DNA of 64,000 nucleotides from an uncultured delta proteobacterium (GTDB lineage Bacteria; Myxococcota_A; Polyangia; Polyangiales; Polyangiaceae). A program made the position numbers and the translations under genes. Below, one piece after another: positions 61,111-64,000 of the stretch; position 1 is the stretch's first letter, and each line of letters starts with the position of its first letter. The notes beneath the pieces were generated by a model. That model was not told where the DNA came from. It searched no databases and saw nothing but the letters and a program-made list of their open reading frames with translations. Location: contig CAWDXG010000004.1 in the NCBI GenBank assembly GCA_963806225.1, positions 4,768,001 through 4,832,000 of the forward strand, read 5' to 3'.

Positions 61111-61359
61111 ATGGCTCAACCGCTCCCGATCCCACCGCCCGGCTTCGACGAGCTGACGCCCGAGCAGAAGCTGGACTACGTTGCCGCGCTCTGGGACCGG
61201 ATCGCCGCCGAGCAGTCCCAGCTCCCTATTTCCGAGGCCCAGCGAGCGCTTCTGCGTGACCGGCTGGCTGCCCACCGCGACAATCCTGGAGCGGCACGAC
61301 CCTGGTCTGAAGCACGACGTGACATCGAGCAGCTTCTACGGCAGCGCCCGTCGCGCTGA
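61111..61359 (+). CDS. Addiction-module antitoxin
   Basis: PPGFDELTPEQKLDYVAALWDRI....SEAQRALL..RL..H..NP..A.PW.E. Confidence 0.85.
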   Translation: MAQPLPIPPPGFDELTPEQKLDYVAALWDRIAAEQSQLPISEAQRALLRDRLAAHRDNPGAARPWSEARRDIEQLLRQRPSR

Positions 61360-61661
61360 TGCGAAGCGAACCCCACGTCACTCCGGATGCGCAGGCCGAC
61401 ATCCTCGAAGCTGCGCGGTACTACGAAGGGGAGCGGGCCGGTCTTGGGTTCGCGTTTCTCGACGCGATCGAGCGCGCGCTGGCGTCGATTCGCGACAACC
61501 CGTTGTTGTTCACACTTGTTGACGAGCCCGTCCGGCGCGTGCTGCTCCAGCAGTTCCCCTATGGGGTGTTCTACGAACCCGGCGATCAGCAGGACACTGT
61601 GCTCGCCGTGATGGACCTTCGCCAAGACCCCGAGACGATCCGTCGATCATATCGTCGGTGA
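61359..61661 (+). CDS. RelE/ParE-family toxin
   Basis: A.ADI.EA..YYE....GLG..F...I......I..NP, RRVLL.QFPY.VFY, VLAV. Confidence 0.88.
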   Translation: MRSEPHVTPDAQADILEAARYYEGERAGLGFAFLDAIERALASIRDNPLLFTLVDEPVRRVLLQQFPYGVFYEPGDQQDTVLAVMDLRQDPETIRRSYRR

Positions 61662-61787
61662 CCCGCGGCGCGCGCCGCGATGCCGCCCGACCTAGGCCCG
61701 GAGGGGACCGCAAGGTTCGTCTGGCGTCGCTGGCGGCAGGACCTTTCCCCTCGAGCCACGGCCTGCCGTCCGGTATCGTCGCTGCCG

Positions 61788-64000
<2,213 letters not shown>

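Overview
High-GC chromosomal window, probably from a myxobacterium (Myxococcota, Polyangia-like). That taxonomy is inferred from the many Gly/Cys-rich lipoproteins, the Ser/Thr kinase and the codon usage. It holds about 55 CDS and no recognisable rRNA, tRNA or CRISPR array. Main highlights: (1) a candidate new selenoprotein at 18434-19171, an exported beta-barrel-like protein with an in-frame UGA exactly at the first residue after the signal peptide, followed by an fdhF-like SECIS hairpin; (2) two DUF1566 (C-type-lectin-fold) genes whose last 32 codons differ only at codon positions 1-2, the signature of DGR adenine mutagenesis, flanking a truncated avd-like gene, with no RT or template repeat in the window; (3) a GxxExxY nuclease gene bounded by perfect 23-bp inverted repeats and inserted antisense into an apparent operon (alpha/beta hydrolase, B12-radical SAM, ChlI/ChlD-like chelatase with an A10 -1 frameshift site, CoA-dehydratase activase fusion); (4) a mosaic defence region of toxin-antitoxin modules, an HNH gene and gene fragments upstream of a HIT-PLD-helicase (SauUSI-like) gene; (5) many apparently leaderless genes; (6) single-base frameshifts that cluster at GATC, probably methylation-linked read errors. 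All family assignments come from motif recognition by eye, not from database searches.
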